From Nitrososphaeria archaeon (GTDB taxonomy: Archaea; Thermoproteota; Nitrososphaeria; Conexivisphaerales; UBA164), in the NCBI GenBank assembly GCA_049965895.1, contig JBMFVR010000002.1:1-36949 (forward strand): 36,949 nt of DNA, read 5' to 3'. Of the stretch, positions 24,707 to 35,213 are shown in pieces. Under the pieces are notes generated by a model, which ran no database searches, had not been told where the DNA came from, and saw only the letters and a list, made by a program, of their open reading frames with translations. A program made the position numbers and the translations under genes. Numbering within the stretch: the first letter of the stretch is position 1; the number at the start of each line of letters is the position of its first letter.

Positions 24707-26485
24707 TCACCGTTTGAATATTTCGGTTATGGCCTCTATTATGCCTATGTGAGTGAAAAGCTGCGGATAATTACCGCGGGGTTCACAGTCGCTCATGTCA
24801 GTGTGCTCCCCAAGCAACCCAAGGTCGTTTGAGCAGCTGATCAGCCTTGTTATGTACTTCACGGCCATCTCTCTTTCACCCTGCATGTTCTTCACCCTTG
24901 CCATCCATGAGTTCGCAAGTCCGAAAGGGTGCCTTGCCCTTCCAAGAAAGTCCTTCCTGTACCTGAACACCATGTAATCCGAAACTAGCTCCTTTTCGAT
25001 TCTGCCCAGCGTAAGCCTGAACCTGTCATCATTTGCATCAATGAACCCATAAAGTGGCATTATAAGAAGGTTAGCATCAACTTCCAGAGACCCAAAGCTT
25101 CTCACAAAGGATTGCGCTTCAGAATTCCATGCATACTGTAATATGAAATTCCTTATTTTCTCAGCGCTCTGTTTCCACTGGTTGTACTTTTCAACCTTAC
25201 CCAGCTCAATGGCAAGCCTTGCCGCGGTGTTTATGGCACTCCACATCATGACCTTGCTGTGCGTGTAGTGCAGCTCCATTCCCCTTTCCTCCCATATACC
25301 TGCATCCCTTCTCTTAAAGCTCCTTTCAGTGAACCTTGCTATCGATTCTACAGCCCACCAGTTGTTGAGTATGTAATCCCTGTCCCTTGTCATATCATAA
25401 TATGTTTCAAGTGCCTTCATGAATTCACCTTCAATGTCCAGCTGAATTTGAAGGTGGGCTGCGTTTCCCACCCTAACGGGCCTTGAACCCAGATAGCCCG
25501 AAAGCCAGTCCAGGGTTGTTTCAGAAGGGGGAGGTCCGCCATCCACGGTGTAAAGGGTGTGGTTGAACGGCTTCCTTGATGGGTCCAGAACGCTGAAAAG
25601 GAAGTTAAGTATCTCTCTTCCCTTTATTATAAAGCCTGCCTTTATCAGCGCTTCAGCGGCAAAGCTGGCATCCCTGATCCATGCGAACCTGTAATCCCAG
25701 TTCCTGTTTGAACCTACAACTTCAGGTAGCGATGTAGTTGGGGCAGCTATTATGGCACCTGATGGCCTGTAGATAAGGCCTAGAGCAACCAGCAGAGATG
25801 CGTTGAATGCCTTCCTTGCCCACTCAGGTGGCTCGAATGGGCAGCATGAAACTGTCGTCCTCCAGTACTCGATGGTTGACTTCATCGCCTCCTTGGGTAT
25901 TGAGTAAACCCCTCCCTTTTTACTGAATAGCCCATAGCCAACATCGTTTGTGTACAGCATCAGGATGTAGCCAGTGCCACCCTCAAATTTCCATTCTCCC
26001 CTTCCCGTGTTCACAACTTTAGAACTCCATTTGAACTTGATTTCAAAGGCCTGCTTTCCTGTGGGGTCCCTGAAAATGGCGCCGCCGTCCTTAAGGTAGA
26101 ATGACGGGTTTATGAGCCCATATTCAAATGTTGGTTTTACCGTGATACTGAACGGCATTTCGCTCCTTATGTATCTCATAAAGGAGCTTTCCGACTGGGG
26201 CATCAGATCCCTTATCTGAGCCAAGCCAGCCTGCGACTCCGCAGTGGTCTGCAGTATGAGCGAATTCGAAACATATTCTCTTTTAAATGAAACTGATTCC
26301 CCAAAATTTATCCTGAATCTGTAATCCATTTTATCATCAAGCAGGGAACAGAACAGCGGCGGCGAATCAAATCTTGGAAGAGTAAGCCAATCAATGGAAG
26401 CATTAGGTGATATCAGTGCAGAACCGTAACCGTTTGAAATAAAACCATGATTGATTTTACTGTTCTGCTTGCCTTGAGATGACAT
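24707..26485 (-). CDS. GH15-family glycoside hydrolase of the trehalase/glucoamylase-related subgroup
   Basis: 592 aa with an N-terminal GSALISPNASIDWLTLPRFDSPPLFCSLLD. Catalytic-domain motifs: NWDYRFAWIRDASF, GIWEERG and NYPQLFTHIG. Confidence 0.75.
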   Translation of the reverse strand: MSSQGKQNSKINHGFISNGYGSALISPNASIDWLTLPRFDSPPLFCSLLDDKMDYRFRINFGESVSFKREYVSNSLILQTTAESQAGLAQIRDLMPQSESSFMRYIRSEMPFSITVKPTFEYGLINPSFYLKDGGAIFRDPTGKQAFEIKFKWSSKVVNTGRGEWKFEGGTGYILMLYTNDVGYGLFSKKGGVYSIPKEAMKSTIEYWRTTVSCCPFEPPEWARKAFNASLLVALGLIYRPSGAIIAAPTTSLPEVVGSNRNWDYRFAWIRDASFAAEALIKAGFIIKGREILNFLFSVLDPSRKPFNHTLYTVDGGPPPSETTLDWLSGYLGSRPVRVGNAAHLQIQLDIEGEFMKALETYYDMTRDRDYILNNWWAVESIARFTERSFKRRDAGIWEERGMELHYTHSKVMMWSAINTAARLAIELGKVEKYNQWKQSAEKIRNFILQYAWNSEAQSFVRSFGSLEVDANLLIMPLYGFIDANDDRFRLTLGRIEKELVSDYMVFRYRKDFLGRARHPFGLANSWMARVKNMQGEREMAVKYITRLISCSNDLGLLGEHTDMSDCEPRGNYPQLFTHIGIIEAITEIFKR

Positions 26486-26530
26486 GCTTATGGGAAGGAG
26501 AGTGGGGCTATAAATATGACGCCGTTAACG

Positions 26531-28441
26531 TTATGCACCTTTCTGTCTAGCTTCGCTTAGCTCTGCTACGGTTATTATATATTCAGCATGGCTCCATATT
26601 AGGGGTGAAACGGAAAGCGGTGTGCCATCGTACGGATTGATTTGTTCGGGAAGAACCCCTGAGTGCTGGCTGTGATCAATAACCCACTTTAGAAGTTCGA
26701 ATGCCCTGTCCCTTTCACCAACCAAGTTAAAATATCTTGAAGCCCAGAGGGTGGTGATTATCCATGGGTTGCCAGGGATGTTGCTGTCCTCCTTCACCCT
26801 CTGATACATATCGCCCTCATACCTTGCAAGTCCCCCAGTCTGCTTAACCCAGAGCTTCTTCATTATCGCATCCATGTTTGACTTCACCCTCTGATCAGAA
26901 GGCTCCTTCATTCCGAAGGTGCATAGTGCAATGTTCTGTGAATCAACCGTAAAGTCAGGCTTCCCGTTTATTATCGCCCTTGCATAATACCCTTTATTTT
27001 CAGAGTAGAACCTGTTATCGTATGCCGAAGCCATCCTTTCTGCTGCCTGCCTGTAGGTCCCTGAGAGGTCATTTTCCCTGAACGTTCTGGCAAATTCTGA
27101 AGCAGCCATAAGGGCAGCATATGTTGTTGCAACTGTATAAGTGTGAACACCGTACCTTTCCTCCCAGAGGTCGTAGGACTCTCTGGGCAGCCCATCACTG
27201 TCAACAAATGACATGAGGAAGTTGGCTCCCCTCTTTATCAGGTTTTCATAGAGTGGAAAGAAGTACTCAATATCAAGCGATTGTAGGTAATATTGCCACA
27301 GGGACCATATTACCAAGGCAGTTTCGTCCTCCTGTATCGGTACTATGGTCCTGTCCCCAATGACTCTGGGTATCCAGCTGCTTGCCATGTTGCCGTCAGG
27401 AAGGTACTTATGATAGAAGTATCCCTCCTTGGATATCGTGTACAGTGCAAAGTCAAAGAACTTTCTGGCAGCGCTGAAGTGCAGCGTTCTGGTCAGCGCA
27501 TATGCTGCAATTGCAGCATCTCTTGGCCACACATAATAGTAACCATCCCTGCTGTTCTTCAGGATGTCGCTGTCTGAAGAGGCCATTATTGCTCCCTTAT
27601 CGTTCATGTGTATCCTTATGATGAATTGTGATTTCTTGAACAGAGCAAGTATGTCTTGGGACTGTGAAACCTGTTTCTTTTCATTCCATACTGTCCAGTA
27701 GTTGCTGGTGAGCCGTAGCATGTCCCTGAGCTTTTCTGAGCTAAGTTTCTGCTTGAGCTTTAAAAGAGCATCAAGGTTCTCCTGGGCAATTATAAAATAG
27801 AACAGTTCTTTGGTTTCGCCTGGTAAAATAAACAGCGTGTGTCCAACAACTGAGTCCACTGACCCTATGGCAACAGGATTGAAAGAAAGCTTTCCATCCT
27901 CCGCATCCTTCCATGTTCCCTCAAATCCCTTGAACCCCTTTATGCCTATTGCATACTGGTCCATCGAGCTGTTCATGTCATCAAACGTTGATATCAAGAA
28001 GTGCCTCCTGTTCTTGTAGTGGACAATGGAATTTAGCTCCGGGTAATAGAAGGCGGTATCCCCTACATCGTTGCCATAAATGTAAAAGTCCTGATGAAAG
28101 AAGAACTTTACTTCCTGAGGCGAACTTCCTATATTTGTAGCTGATATCTTCCTTACGTAAATATCATCGTATATATCAACAAAGTCCTGGCTGTTAAGGT
28201 TTATGCTGCCCACAGCGTACCTGACATCACTTACCAGCGTGTCGTCCAGGTAATCCATGTACTTTATGACAGACCTGTCAATCCACATAAAATTTCCATC
28301 AACGGAGATGCCGTACCTGAACGGGTGCCCCATGGCATGATTTTCAGCCTGGTCGTGTGCATAGTAAAGATCAACTATCCTATAATCCTTATCAAAGCTT
28401 ACCAGAAGGCGATTGTTTCCGATTGGGAGATATCGTACCAT
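26531..28441 (-). CDS. GH15 glucoamylase with an N-terminal beta-sandwich domain
   Basis: 636 aa with YYVWPRDAAIAAYAL, SYDLWEERYGVHTYT and SPLIWSHAEY. Confidence 0.8.
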   Translation of the reverse strand: MVRYLPIGNNRLLVSFDKDYRIVDLYYAHDQAENHAMGHPFRYGISVDGNFMWIDRSVIKYMDYLDDTLVSDVRYAVGSINLNSQDFVDIYDDIYVRKISATNIGSSPQEVKFFFHQDFYIYGNDVGDTAFYYPELNSIVHYKNRRHFLISTFDDMNSSMDQYAIGIKGFKGFEGTWKDAEDGKLSFNPVAIGSVDSVVGHTLFILPGETKELFYFIIAQENLDALLKLKQKLSSEKLRDMLRLTSNYWTVWNEKKQVSQSQDILALFKKSQFIIRIHMNDKGAIMASSDSDILKNSRDGYYYVWPRDAAIAAYALTRTLHFSAARKFFDFALYTISKEGYFYHKYLPDGNMASSWIPRVIGDRTIVPIQEDETALVIWSLWQYYLQSLDIEYFFPLYENLIKRGANFLMSFVDSDGLPRESYDLWEERYGVHTYTVATTYAALMAASEFARTFRENDLSGTYRQAAERMASAYDNRFYSENKGYYARAIINGKPDFTVDSQNIALCTFGMKEPSDQRVKSNMDAIMKKLWVKQTGGLARYEGDMYQRVKEDSNIPGNPWIITTLWASRYFNLVGERDRAFELLKWVIDHSQHSGVLPEQINPYDGTPLSVSPLIWSHAEYIITVAELSEARQKGA

Positions 28442-28520
28442 TATGGTTTATATTTTCCTTTAGTTTAAAACTGTTTTTATTTATTGCAGCAATGTATTTA
28501 TTCCATTTTTATCTTTATTT

Positions 28521-30323
28521 TTGGCATTGGCAGATTATAAAAGTGAATGGATTTTAAGCAATATGAACGGTACCTATTCTTCGTCATCAGCATCCTTTGC
28601 AAACCTCAGGACCTACCATGGCCTGCTTGTTAAGAATGTGGATAAAAGATATGTGAGGTTCGTGCTGCTATCAAAGTTGTTTGAGGAATTTACCATCAAC
28701 GAAAAGGTGGTAAGCATAGATACAAACTATTATAGAGGGGCGATTTACCCTGAAGGGTACAGGTCCCTTATGGGTTTTGAATTGAAGCCAGTTCCGTCAT
28801 TCCGTTTCAGGGTAGAAGGGCTTGAGGTAACTAAATCATTGGCCCTAGATCCAGCTAACGACTGGCTTGTCATCAGGTACGAATTTGACAGGCCCCCTTC
28901 CAGCATCTACCTCCACCCCCTCCTTGCATTTCGGAACCATCACCTTGCTATGAGAAAGCGGAACCTAGAAGTATCGGTTGAAAATGCTGATGGCATTTAC
29001 ACATTTATGTCAGGTGACAGTTACGTAAAAATAGGAACACCCGGCAAGTTTGTGCCGGCAAGCGATTGGTACTATAATTTTCAGTATCCGATTGACATGG
29101 AAAGAGGTTCAAATTATGAAGAGGACTTGTATCATCCAGGGTACTTTAAAATTGACGATCCACGGACAACGCTGGAAATAAAGGTTTCATGTTCTGAAGT
29201 GATGCCTGAAAGCTTTAAAAGCGTTAAGGCAAGGATGCTGATGGCACAATCGACGCTGAATGGGGAACTCAGGCAGATTGCAAGGGACTCCACAGCTTTC
29301 CTGACCAAGGACGATATAATAGCCGGGTTCTACTGGTTTGGGCCATGGACAAGAGACACCATGATATCGATGCCGGGGCTGCTCCTTGTAACTAAGAGGT
29401 TCAGGCTTGCCAAAAAGATACTGACGAAGTACGCTAAGATGATAGTGGATGGCATGCTTCCAGTGACGGTCACAGATCCTTCAAACGTTTTTTCAGCAGA
29501 CTCCTCGCTGTGGTTCATTTATGCCCTTTACAAGTACTATATGTATACAGGGGACAAAAGCACCATCAGGAGTGTTTATCCCTCAATTATTAAAATAATA
29601 AGGTCATATATCAATGGTAATGAAGTGGTTGGGCTAGAGGGGCACCTCGTCATAGCCAGGAAGCCCCAGCTGACATGGATGGACGCAAGGACTGGAGATG
29701 TTGTGTTCACTCCACGCACGGGGCTTCCTGTAGAAGTAAATGCTCTGTGGTACAATGCGCTTGCAACGGTAAAATACTTTTCAGGTGAACTTGGACTGCC
29801 AGATGAGGTAAGCAAAATGTTGCCAGCAGTAAAGCAGGAGTTCAGGGAGAAATTTGTTGACGGTGGAAGGGTGCTGGACACAGTTGATCCAGACGACTAC
29901 AGTTTGAGGCCAAACTTTGTGATCGCGTTCTCCCTCCCCTTCCCTGTAATGGAGCAATTTTCTAGGTATTCGGAACCGTTGAAGTCAAAGCTGCTAACAG
30001 GCTTTGGATTGAGGTCCTTATCCCCGGATGACCCGAGATATGTTGGAAAGTATCAGGGAGACCAGTACCACAGGGACATGTCCTACCACAACGGTTCAGT
30101 GTGGCCCTGGCTGGCTGGCCAGTACATTACCGCATCGGTAAGAAGCGGTGCCAGCAGAGAGGAACTGCTTGCCCAGTTCAGACCGCTGTTTTCCCTTAAG
30201 ATGATCCCTGAAATATTTGACGGTGACGAGCCTCACGAGCCACGGGGCTGTATTATGCAGGCATGGAGCTACGGTGAAGCAATTAGGGCATATGCTGAAG
30301 ACCTGTCAAAAGCACAGCCATGA
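28521..30323 (+). CDS. archaeal-type glycogen debranching enzyme (GDE_N plus amylo-alpha-1,6-glucosidase domain)
   Basis: 600 aa with EWILSNMNGTYSSSS...RTYHGLLV, FGPWTRDTMISMPGL, EVNALWYNAL, YHNGSVWPWLAG and MQAWSYGE. The start is TTG (28521 or 28527), because the conserved N-terminus precedes the first ATG. Confidence 0.85.
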   Translation: MALADYKSEWILSNMNGTYSSSSASFANLRTYHGLLVKNVDKRYVRFVLLSKLFEEFTINEKVVSIDTNYYRGAIYPEGYRSLMGFELKPVPSFRFRVEGLEVTKSLALDPANDWLVIRYEFDRPPSSIYLHPLLAFRNHHLAMRKRNLEVSVENADGIYTFMSGDSYVKIGTPGKFVPASDWYYNFQYPIDMERGSNYEEDLYHPGYFKIDDPRTTLEIKVSCSEVMPESFKSVKARMLMAQSTLNGELRQIARDSTAFLTKDDIIAGFYWFGPWTRDTMISMPGLLLVTKRFRLAKKILTKYAKMIVDGMLPVTVTDPSNVFSADSSLWFIYALYKYYMYTGDKSTIRSVYPSIIKIIRSYINGNEVVGLEGHLVIARKPQLTWMDARTGDVVFTPRTGLPVEVNALWYNALATVKYFSGELGLPDEVSKMLPAVKQEFREKFVDGGRVLDTVDPDDYSLRPNFVIAFSLPFPVMEQFSRYSEPLKSKLLTGFGLRSLSPDDPRYVGKYQGDQYHRDMSYHNGSVWPWLAGQYITASVRSGASREELLAQFRPLFSLKMIPEIFDGDEPHEPRGCIMQAWSYGEAIRAYAEDLSKAQP

Positions 30324-30392
30324 TGTATAGTTTTTATGAAAGGCACACACGATCACCGGCTTGCCAGATTGATTGCAACAACAACTATTTTA

Positions 30393-30400
30393 AGAGGAGG
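30393..30400 (+). promoter_or_regulatory. Shine-Dalgarno sequence (AGAGGAGG) for glycogen synthase
   Basis: GGAGG lies 3 to 7 nt upstream of ATG 30403. This contrasts with the leaderless-type genes elsewhere in the window and suggests an operon-internal position after the GDE gene. Confidence 0.55.
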
Positions 30401-30402
30401 CC

Positions 30403-31521
30403 ATGCAAATGAAGGTGGCAGTGATAGGATGGGAACTCCCCCCGGCTTTTTCAGGGGGGCTAGGCATACACACATTTAACCTGTTCGGGGAAATGAGCAA
30501 GATGATTGATGTGGATGTTTATGTTCCCAAGCTGGGTCCACTTTATCCACATTATCCATTTAACGTAAGGGCTGTGGACATAGGGATAAGGGCTGCTGTG
30601 AATTCATATTCGGTATCTTACGATTTTTACGAAGCTGTGAATAGGTATAACAGGGAGCTTGAGAGAATAAGCACGATTAACGGTGCCGGCATTGTTCACT
30701 GCCATGACTGGATAACCTTTCAGGCGGGAATGAGCATAAAGGAGAAGTTTAAGGTGCCTCTTGTGGTAACCGTGCACAGCACGGAAATGGACCGGTCTGG
30801 GGGCTTTTACCCGCAGAGGTGGATAATGGACATCGAGAGGGATGGTATGAAGGAGGCTGACAGGATTATTGCAGTATCCCACTATACAAAAAAGATGATA
30901 ATAAACAATTACGGCATAAGTGCTGATAAAATTACGGTCGTGCACAACGGCGTAGGGAGGCACTTCCTTGAGCTTCCCCCCAGGGATTACAGATCAACCA
31001 AGAAGGTAATTTACTTTGGAAGGATAACCACTCAGAAGGGCCCAGCATTCTTCATAGAAGCCGCATCAAAGGCAACAGACATGTTTCCTGGGATAAAGTT
31101 CATAATAGCAGGAACTGGTGAGCTTTTGAGCAGAATGAAAGAAGAGGCAAGGGCAACCCTGCCGCGAGGCAGCTATGAATTTACAGGTTTCATAGACCTG
31201 AATGAAGCCATAGATCTTTATAGGAAAAGTGATGCCTTTGTCCTGCCCGCAGTTTCAGAGCCATTTGGCATCACCGTGCTTGAAGCCATGAGTTCGGGAA
31301 CGCCGGCAATAATAAGCAGGACCACCGGGGTTGGTGAATCGCTCAGGAACGTGTTAAGGGCCGATTTCTGGGACACCGACCTCATTGCAGAGTACATTGC
31401 AGGCACAGTAAAGTATGACGGGTTCAGGTCAACACTTGGAAGGGAGGGCATGTCGGAGGCAAGGCAGTTCACATGGAGGAGAGCAGCAGAGCAGACGCTG
31501 GGGGTGTACATCAAGGCATGA
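30403..31521 (+). CDS. glgA: glycogen synthase-like GT-B glycosyltransferase
   Basis: 372 aa with an N-terminal FSGGLGIH and a C-terminal SEPFGITVLEAM (E-x7-E). It is flanked by glycogen-degrading genes. Confidence 0.7.
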   Translation: MQMKVAVIGWELPPAFSGGLGIHTFNLFGEMSKMIDVDVYVPKLGPLYPHYPFNVRAVDIGIRAAVNSYSVSYDFYEAVNRYNRELERISTINGAGIVHCHDWITFQAGMSIKEKFKVPLVVTVHSTEMDRSGGFYPQRWIMDIERDGMKEADRIIAVSHYTKKMIINNYGISADKITVVHNGVGRHFLELPPRDYRSTKKVIYFGRITTQKGPAFFIEAASKATDMFPGIKFIIAGTGELLSRMKEEARATLPRGSYEFTGFIDLNEAIDLYRKSDAFVLPAVSEPFGITVLEAMSSGTPAIISRTTGVGESLRNVLRADFWDTDLIAEYIAGTVKYDGFRSTLGREGMSEARQFTWRRAAEQTLGVYIKA

Positions 31522-32630
31522 AGGCTGTGGTGTTCTTTTTTGAGGTGCATCAGCCAAGAAGGCTGAGGAGGTACAGAATGAATGAAATAGGCCATTCTCA
31601 CAATTATTTCTGGGATGACAAGAACTCTGAAATACTTGGGCGAGTAGCAGAGCGATGCTATATTCCAGCTCTGAAGGTGTTCATGGACAGCGGAGTGAGA
31701 TCGAGCATTTCGCTTTCAGGAACATTCATGGAGCAGGCGCTGGAATATGCGCCTGAGTCTATTGATGCGTTTAAGTCATATTTCAGGTCAGGGCTTTCAG
31801 AACCAGTTGCAGAAACATACTACCACAGTCTTGCTTCTGTCTGGGATGAGCGAGAGTTTAGGGAGCAGGTAATGATGCAGGTGAGGGCAGTTGGACGGGA
31901 GTTTGGGCTGGAGCCTCATACATTCAGGAACACAGAATTAATATACAGTGACAACATTGCAAGGATAATTGCCTCGATGGGGTTCAGGAGGGTGCTGGCG
32001 GAGGGCACAGATTCAATAGTTAAAGAAAACTCTCCGAACCACATTTACCGCTCACCGGCAGGCATTTCACTTTTTCTGCGCAATTACAGGCTCAGCGACG
32101 ATATTTCGTTCAGGTTTTCAAACTGGAAATGGCCCGAGTACCCGCTTACGGCAGACAAGTATTCGGAATGGATAGACAGCGCTCCCGGCGAAGTGGCAAA
32201 TCTGTTCATGGACTTTGAAACGTTTGGTGAACACCAGGTCGCAGAGACGGGGATATTTGAATTCATGAAGGCGCTCCCACGTGAGTTTGAAAGGAGAGGC
32301 ATCGAAATGCTGACCCTTGAAGAGGCAGACAGGAGGTTTGGGAAAAATTCAACCCTGAGCGTGCCTCAGACAACATCCTGGGCTGACACCAGAAGGGACC
32401 TATCTCCATGGCTGGGCAATGAGATGCAGAAGCAGGCTTTCAATGCGCTGATAGGTATAAAGAGGAGGGACAGCACATGGCGGAGCCTGCAGACGTCGGA
32501 TCACCTTTACTATATGTCTACGGGAACATCACAGGACATAACTGTGCATGAATACTTCAATCCCTACAAGTCACCATACTACGCCTTCCTCAGCTTTATG
32601 AACGTGCTGCAGGACATTGAGCTCCAGTGA
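31518..32630 (+). CDS. GH57-family alpha-glucan-active enzyme (alpha-amylase-like)
   Basis: The ORF opens at 31473, but MKAVVFFFEVHQPRRL (ATG 31518) overlaps the glgA stop as ATGA. HQP region I and DFETFGEH (region IV-like) are present. Confidence 0.7.
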   Translation: MKAVVFFFEVHQPRRLRRYRMNEIGHSHNYFWDDKNSEILGRVAERCYIPALKVFMDSGVRSSISLSGTFMEQALEYAPESIDAFKSYFRSGLSEPVAETYYHSLASVWDEREFREQVMMQVRAVGREFGLEPHTFRNTELIYSDNIARIIASMGFRRVLAEGTDSIVKENSPNHIYRSPAGISLFLRNYRLSDDISFRFSNWKWPEYPLTADKYSEWIDSAPGEVANLFMDFETFGEHQVAETGIFEFMKALPREFERRGIEMLTLEEADRRFGKNSTLSVPQTTSWADTRRDLSPWLGNEMQKQAFNALIGIKRRDSTWRSLQTSDHLYYMSTGTSQDITVHEYFNPYKSPYYAFLSFMNVLQDIELQ

Positions 32631-32631
32631 A

Positions 32632-33054
32632 CTATTGTTCTGCCTGCCCTTCAGCCATCCTGAACTTTTGCAAAAATTCATCAGGTATATCTGTCGACTT
32701 CCAGGCCTTTGGATCAACGCACACCATAGTCAGATAGCCCTCGGTGAGGAATTCCTTGTCCCTGAAAATCCTGAAGCTGTACTTGATGGTTTTCGGATTA
32801 ACCAGTGAAGCAGTAACCTCTATGGACAGTTTATCGCCAAGCTTTGCTGGCCTGTGATATTTTGAATATGATTCGACCACCACAAACCATATTCCCCTGT
32901 ATGCCATGCTTTCAAGCGAATCCCCGAACACCTTTGTTGAAAAGTATGTTATGGCGTTTGTGTAGAACCTGTAATATGAAGCATAATGAGAAATTCCCTG
33001 GAAGTCTGTATCATAAACCTTAACTGTCGTTTCATAGATCTCTGTAACTGGCAT
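32632..33054 (-). CDS. hotdog-fold acyl-CoA thioesterase (4HBT/YbgC-like)
   Basis: 140 aa with an N-terminal VKVYDTDFQGISHYASYYRFY (Asp-containing catalytic motif) and a size typical of the family. Confidence 0.7.
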   Translation of the reverse strand: MPVTEIYETTVKVYDTDFQGISHYASYYRFYTNAITYFSTKVFGDSLESMAYRGIWFVVVESYSKYHRPAKLGDKLSIEVTASLVNPKTIKYSFRIFRDKEFLTEGYLTMVCVDPKAWKSTDIPDEFLQKFRMAEGQAEQ

Positions 33055-33184
33055 GAGTATACATTAACGCAGTAAATTAAAAGCTTTACATCATTAAATA
33101 TGTTGTCCGCGAAAATTATTCAGAAAACGAACACAAATCCCCGGTTTTTTGTCGCTTAAAATCATAAATAAATAACGTTGTCAC

Positions 33185-33194
33185 GTTTATATTA
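33185..33194 (+). promoter_or_regulatory. TATA box (GTTTATATTA) for the ADP-forming ACS gene
   Basis: Centred 27 nt upstream of ATG 33216. Confidence 0.5.
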
Positions 33195-33215
33195 TGGCAT
33201 GAACATTTAAGGTGC

Positions 33216-35207
33216 ATGATAGAAGGGTTGTTCAATCCAAAATCAATAGCCGTGGTTGGAGCTTCAACAAACAAGGAAAAGGTTGGGAATATTGTTCTGA
33301 GAAACGTCCTGGCAACTTTCACAGGCAAAATTTATCCTGTAAACCAGAGGGCTGATTCGGTTGAAGGGTTAAAGTCATACAGGTCCCTCAAGGATATCGG
33401 TGAAGCACCTGACCTTGCCATAATTGCTGTCCCCAGAGAGGCTGTGCCGGCGGTTATGGAAATGGCGGGCGAGGTTGGAACTGGATCAGCAATAATAATA
33501 ACTTCAGGGTTCAAGGAGGTTGACCAGCGTGGCGCTGAGCTGCAGGCGCAGATAGATAAAATTGCATCAAAGTACGGTATTAGGTACCTTGGACCAAATA
33601 CCCTGGGCATGATCACTCCTTACTACAACGGCACATTTGCGCTCACCGATATAAAGAGGGGAAACATAGCTGTCGTTGCCCAGAGCGGGGGCATCGGGAT
33701 TTACATGCTGGACTGGGCCCACAGGACCAGGACAGGTCTCAGCTACTTTGTGAGCCTTGGCAACGAATCCAACATAACAGAAACCGACATTTATGAATAC
33801 CTTTCAAATGACCTATCAACCAGGGCTGTGTTCTCTTACATTGAGGGAGTTGCCGACGGCTCCAGGTTCATCGAAGAGGTTCCGGCCATAGTGGCCAGAA
33901 AGCCTCTTGTGTTTCTGAAGGGTGGCACCGGCGGTAAGGGCAGTCAGGCAGTTAAGACGCATACAGCAAGCGTCGCAGGTTCAGTTGACGTTTTCAGGGC
34001 AGCCATAAGGTCAGTTGGTGGCATATTTGTGGACACGCTGGAAGATATGCTAAACATTGCCAAGATAATAACTTCCAATGAGGTTATCAAGAAGGATCTG
34101 CTCATTGTAACAAATTCAGGAGGACACGGGGTCTTGGCGACTGATGAGACAGACAGGCTTTCAATGAACCTCATAGATATCCCGGAAATAGTGCAGCAGG
34201 AGCTCAGGAAGATCCTTCCGGATCAGAGCAAACCATCAAACCCGCTGGACCTTTCCGGGGACGCTGACAGGGAAAGGTACAGGGCAGCGCTAAAGGCGGT
34301 GCAGGACTTGGACTGCACAAAGATGGTCATAGTGGAGGCGCTACCAATGGCCAGCTGCATGGAAATTTCCAAGGTCTTGCTTGAATTTAAGGGAAAGAGC
34401 GTTGTAGGCGTGATGATGGGCATGGATGAGGATGCTGCTGTTAGGCTGCTTGAATCTGCGAACCTACCGGCATTCAGGTTCCCCGAGGACGCAGTTAAGG
34501 CACTTAACTACTTTAACAACATGTCCAATCCAGTAAAGAGAATCAGGATAAGCCAGCCCATAATAGATGCACAGAACCTGATAAGGGGAAAAAGCTACCT
34601 AAAGGATTATGAGGCTTTTAGGCTTCTTGAAATTTACGGCATCAGGGTCCCCCCATGGGGCACAGCCACCTCCCTGGATGAAGCGCACAAAGTAGCAGAT
34701 CAGATAGGTTACCCATTGGTGATGAAGCTTTCACTGGATGAGCCAGGCCACAAGACCGAAATGGGAGGGGTGAAGCTGGGGATTGAAAAGGAGGACGTTG
34801 ATGGTGCGTTTTCAGAGCTCATCAAGAAGAGTCCCAGGGTACTGCTGCAAAAGCAGGTTGATGGCGCAGAGCTTTTCCTAGGTGGGCTTGATGATCCTGT
34901 GTTTGGTCCCACCTCAGTGGTTGGCATTGGAGGCGTTTATGTGGAAATAATAAAGAGCCTGAGCTATGGCCTGTGTCCTGTTTCAGAGGATGAAGCCTCA
35001 TTTATGCTTGTAGAGAGCAGGGCCCATCAGATGCTGAGTGCTAGGGGGAAGACATATGACGAAAATTCAGCCATAAGCACCATAACAAAGGTTTCCAGAA
35101 TGATGGTAGACCTTGGCATAAAGGAGATGGACATAAACCCGTTAATTGTGAACGAAAGTGGAGCCTTTTCTGTCGATCCCAGGATAGTGCTTAATCAACA
35201 AAAATGA
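33216..35207 (+). CDS. acd: ADP-forming acetyl-CoA synthetase (fused alpha-beta, NDP-forming acyl-CoA synthetase family)
   Basis: 663 aa. The CoA-binding N-terminus is FNPKSIAVVGAS; the phosphohistidine context is AVKTHTASVAGS; the C-terminal ATP-grasp region has GYPLVMKL. Confidence 0.85.
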   Translation: MIEGLFNPKSIAVVGASTNKEKVGNIVLRNVLATFTGKIYPVNQRADSVEGLKSYRSLKDIGEAPDLAIIAVPREAVPAVMEMAGEVGTGSAIIITSGFKEVDQRGAELQAQIDKIASKYGIRYLGPNTLGMITPYYNGTFALTDIKRGNIAVVAQSGGIGIYMLDWAHRTRTGLSYFVSLGNESNITETDIYEYLSNDLSTRAVFSYIEGVADGSRFIEEVPAIVARKPLVFLKGGTGGKGSQAVKTHTASVAGSVDVFRAAIRSVGGIFVDTLEDMLNIAKIITSNEVIKKDLLIVTNSGGHGVLATDETDRLSMNLIDIPEIVQQELRKILPDQSKPSNPLDLSGDADRERYRAALKAVQDLDCTKMVIVEALPMASCMEISKVLLEFKGKSVVGVMMGMDEDAAVRLLESANLPAFRFPEDAVKALNYFNNMSNPVKRIRISQPIIDAQNLIRGKSYLKDYEAFRLLEIYGIRVPPWGTATSLDEAHKVADQIGYPLVMKLSLDEPGHKTEMGGVKLGIEKEDVDGAFSELIKKSPRVLLQKQVDGAELFLGGLDDPVFGPTSVVGIGGVYVEIIKSLSYGLCPVSEDEASFMLVESRAHQMLSARGKTYDENSAISTITKVSRMMVDLGIKEMDINPLIVNESGAFSVDPRIVLNQQK

Positions 35208-35213
35208 TGGATA

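Noticed and set aside
33095-33180. A weak inverted repeat, CGAACACAAA...TTTTTTGTCG, in the thioesterase/acd intergenic region, as a regulatory hairpin or sRNA.
   Set aside because: Only about 7 of 10 positions pair. Both flanking promoters are already accounted for, and there is no further support.
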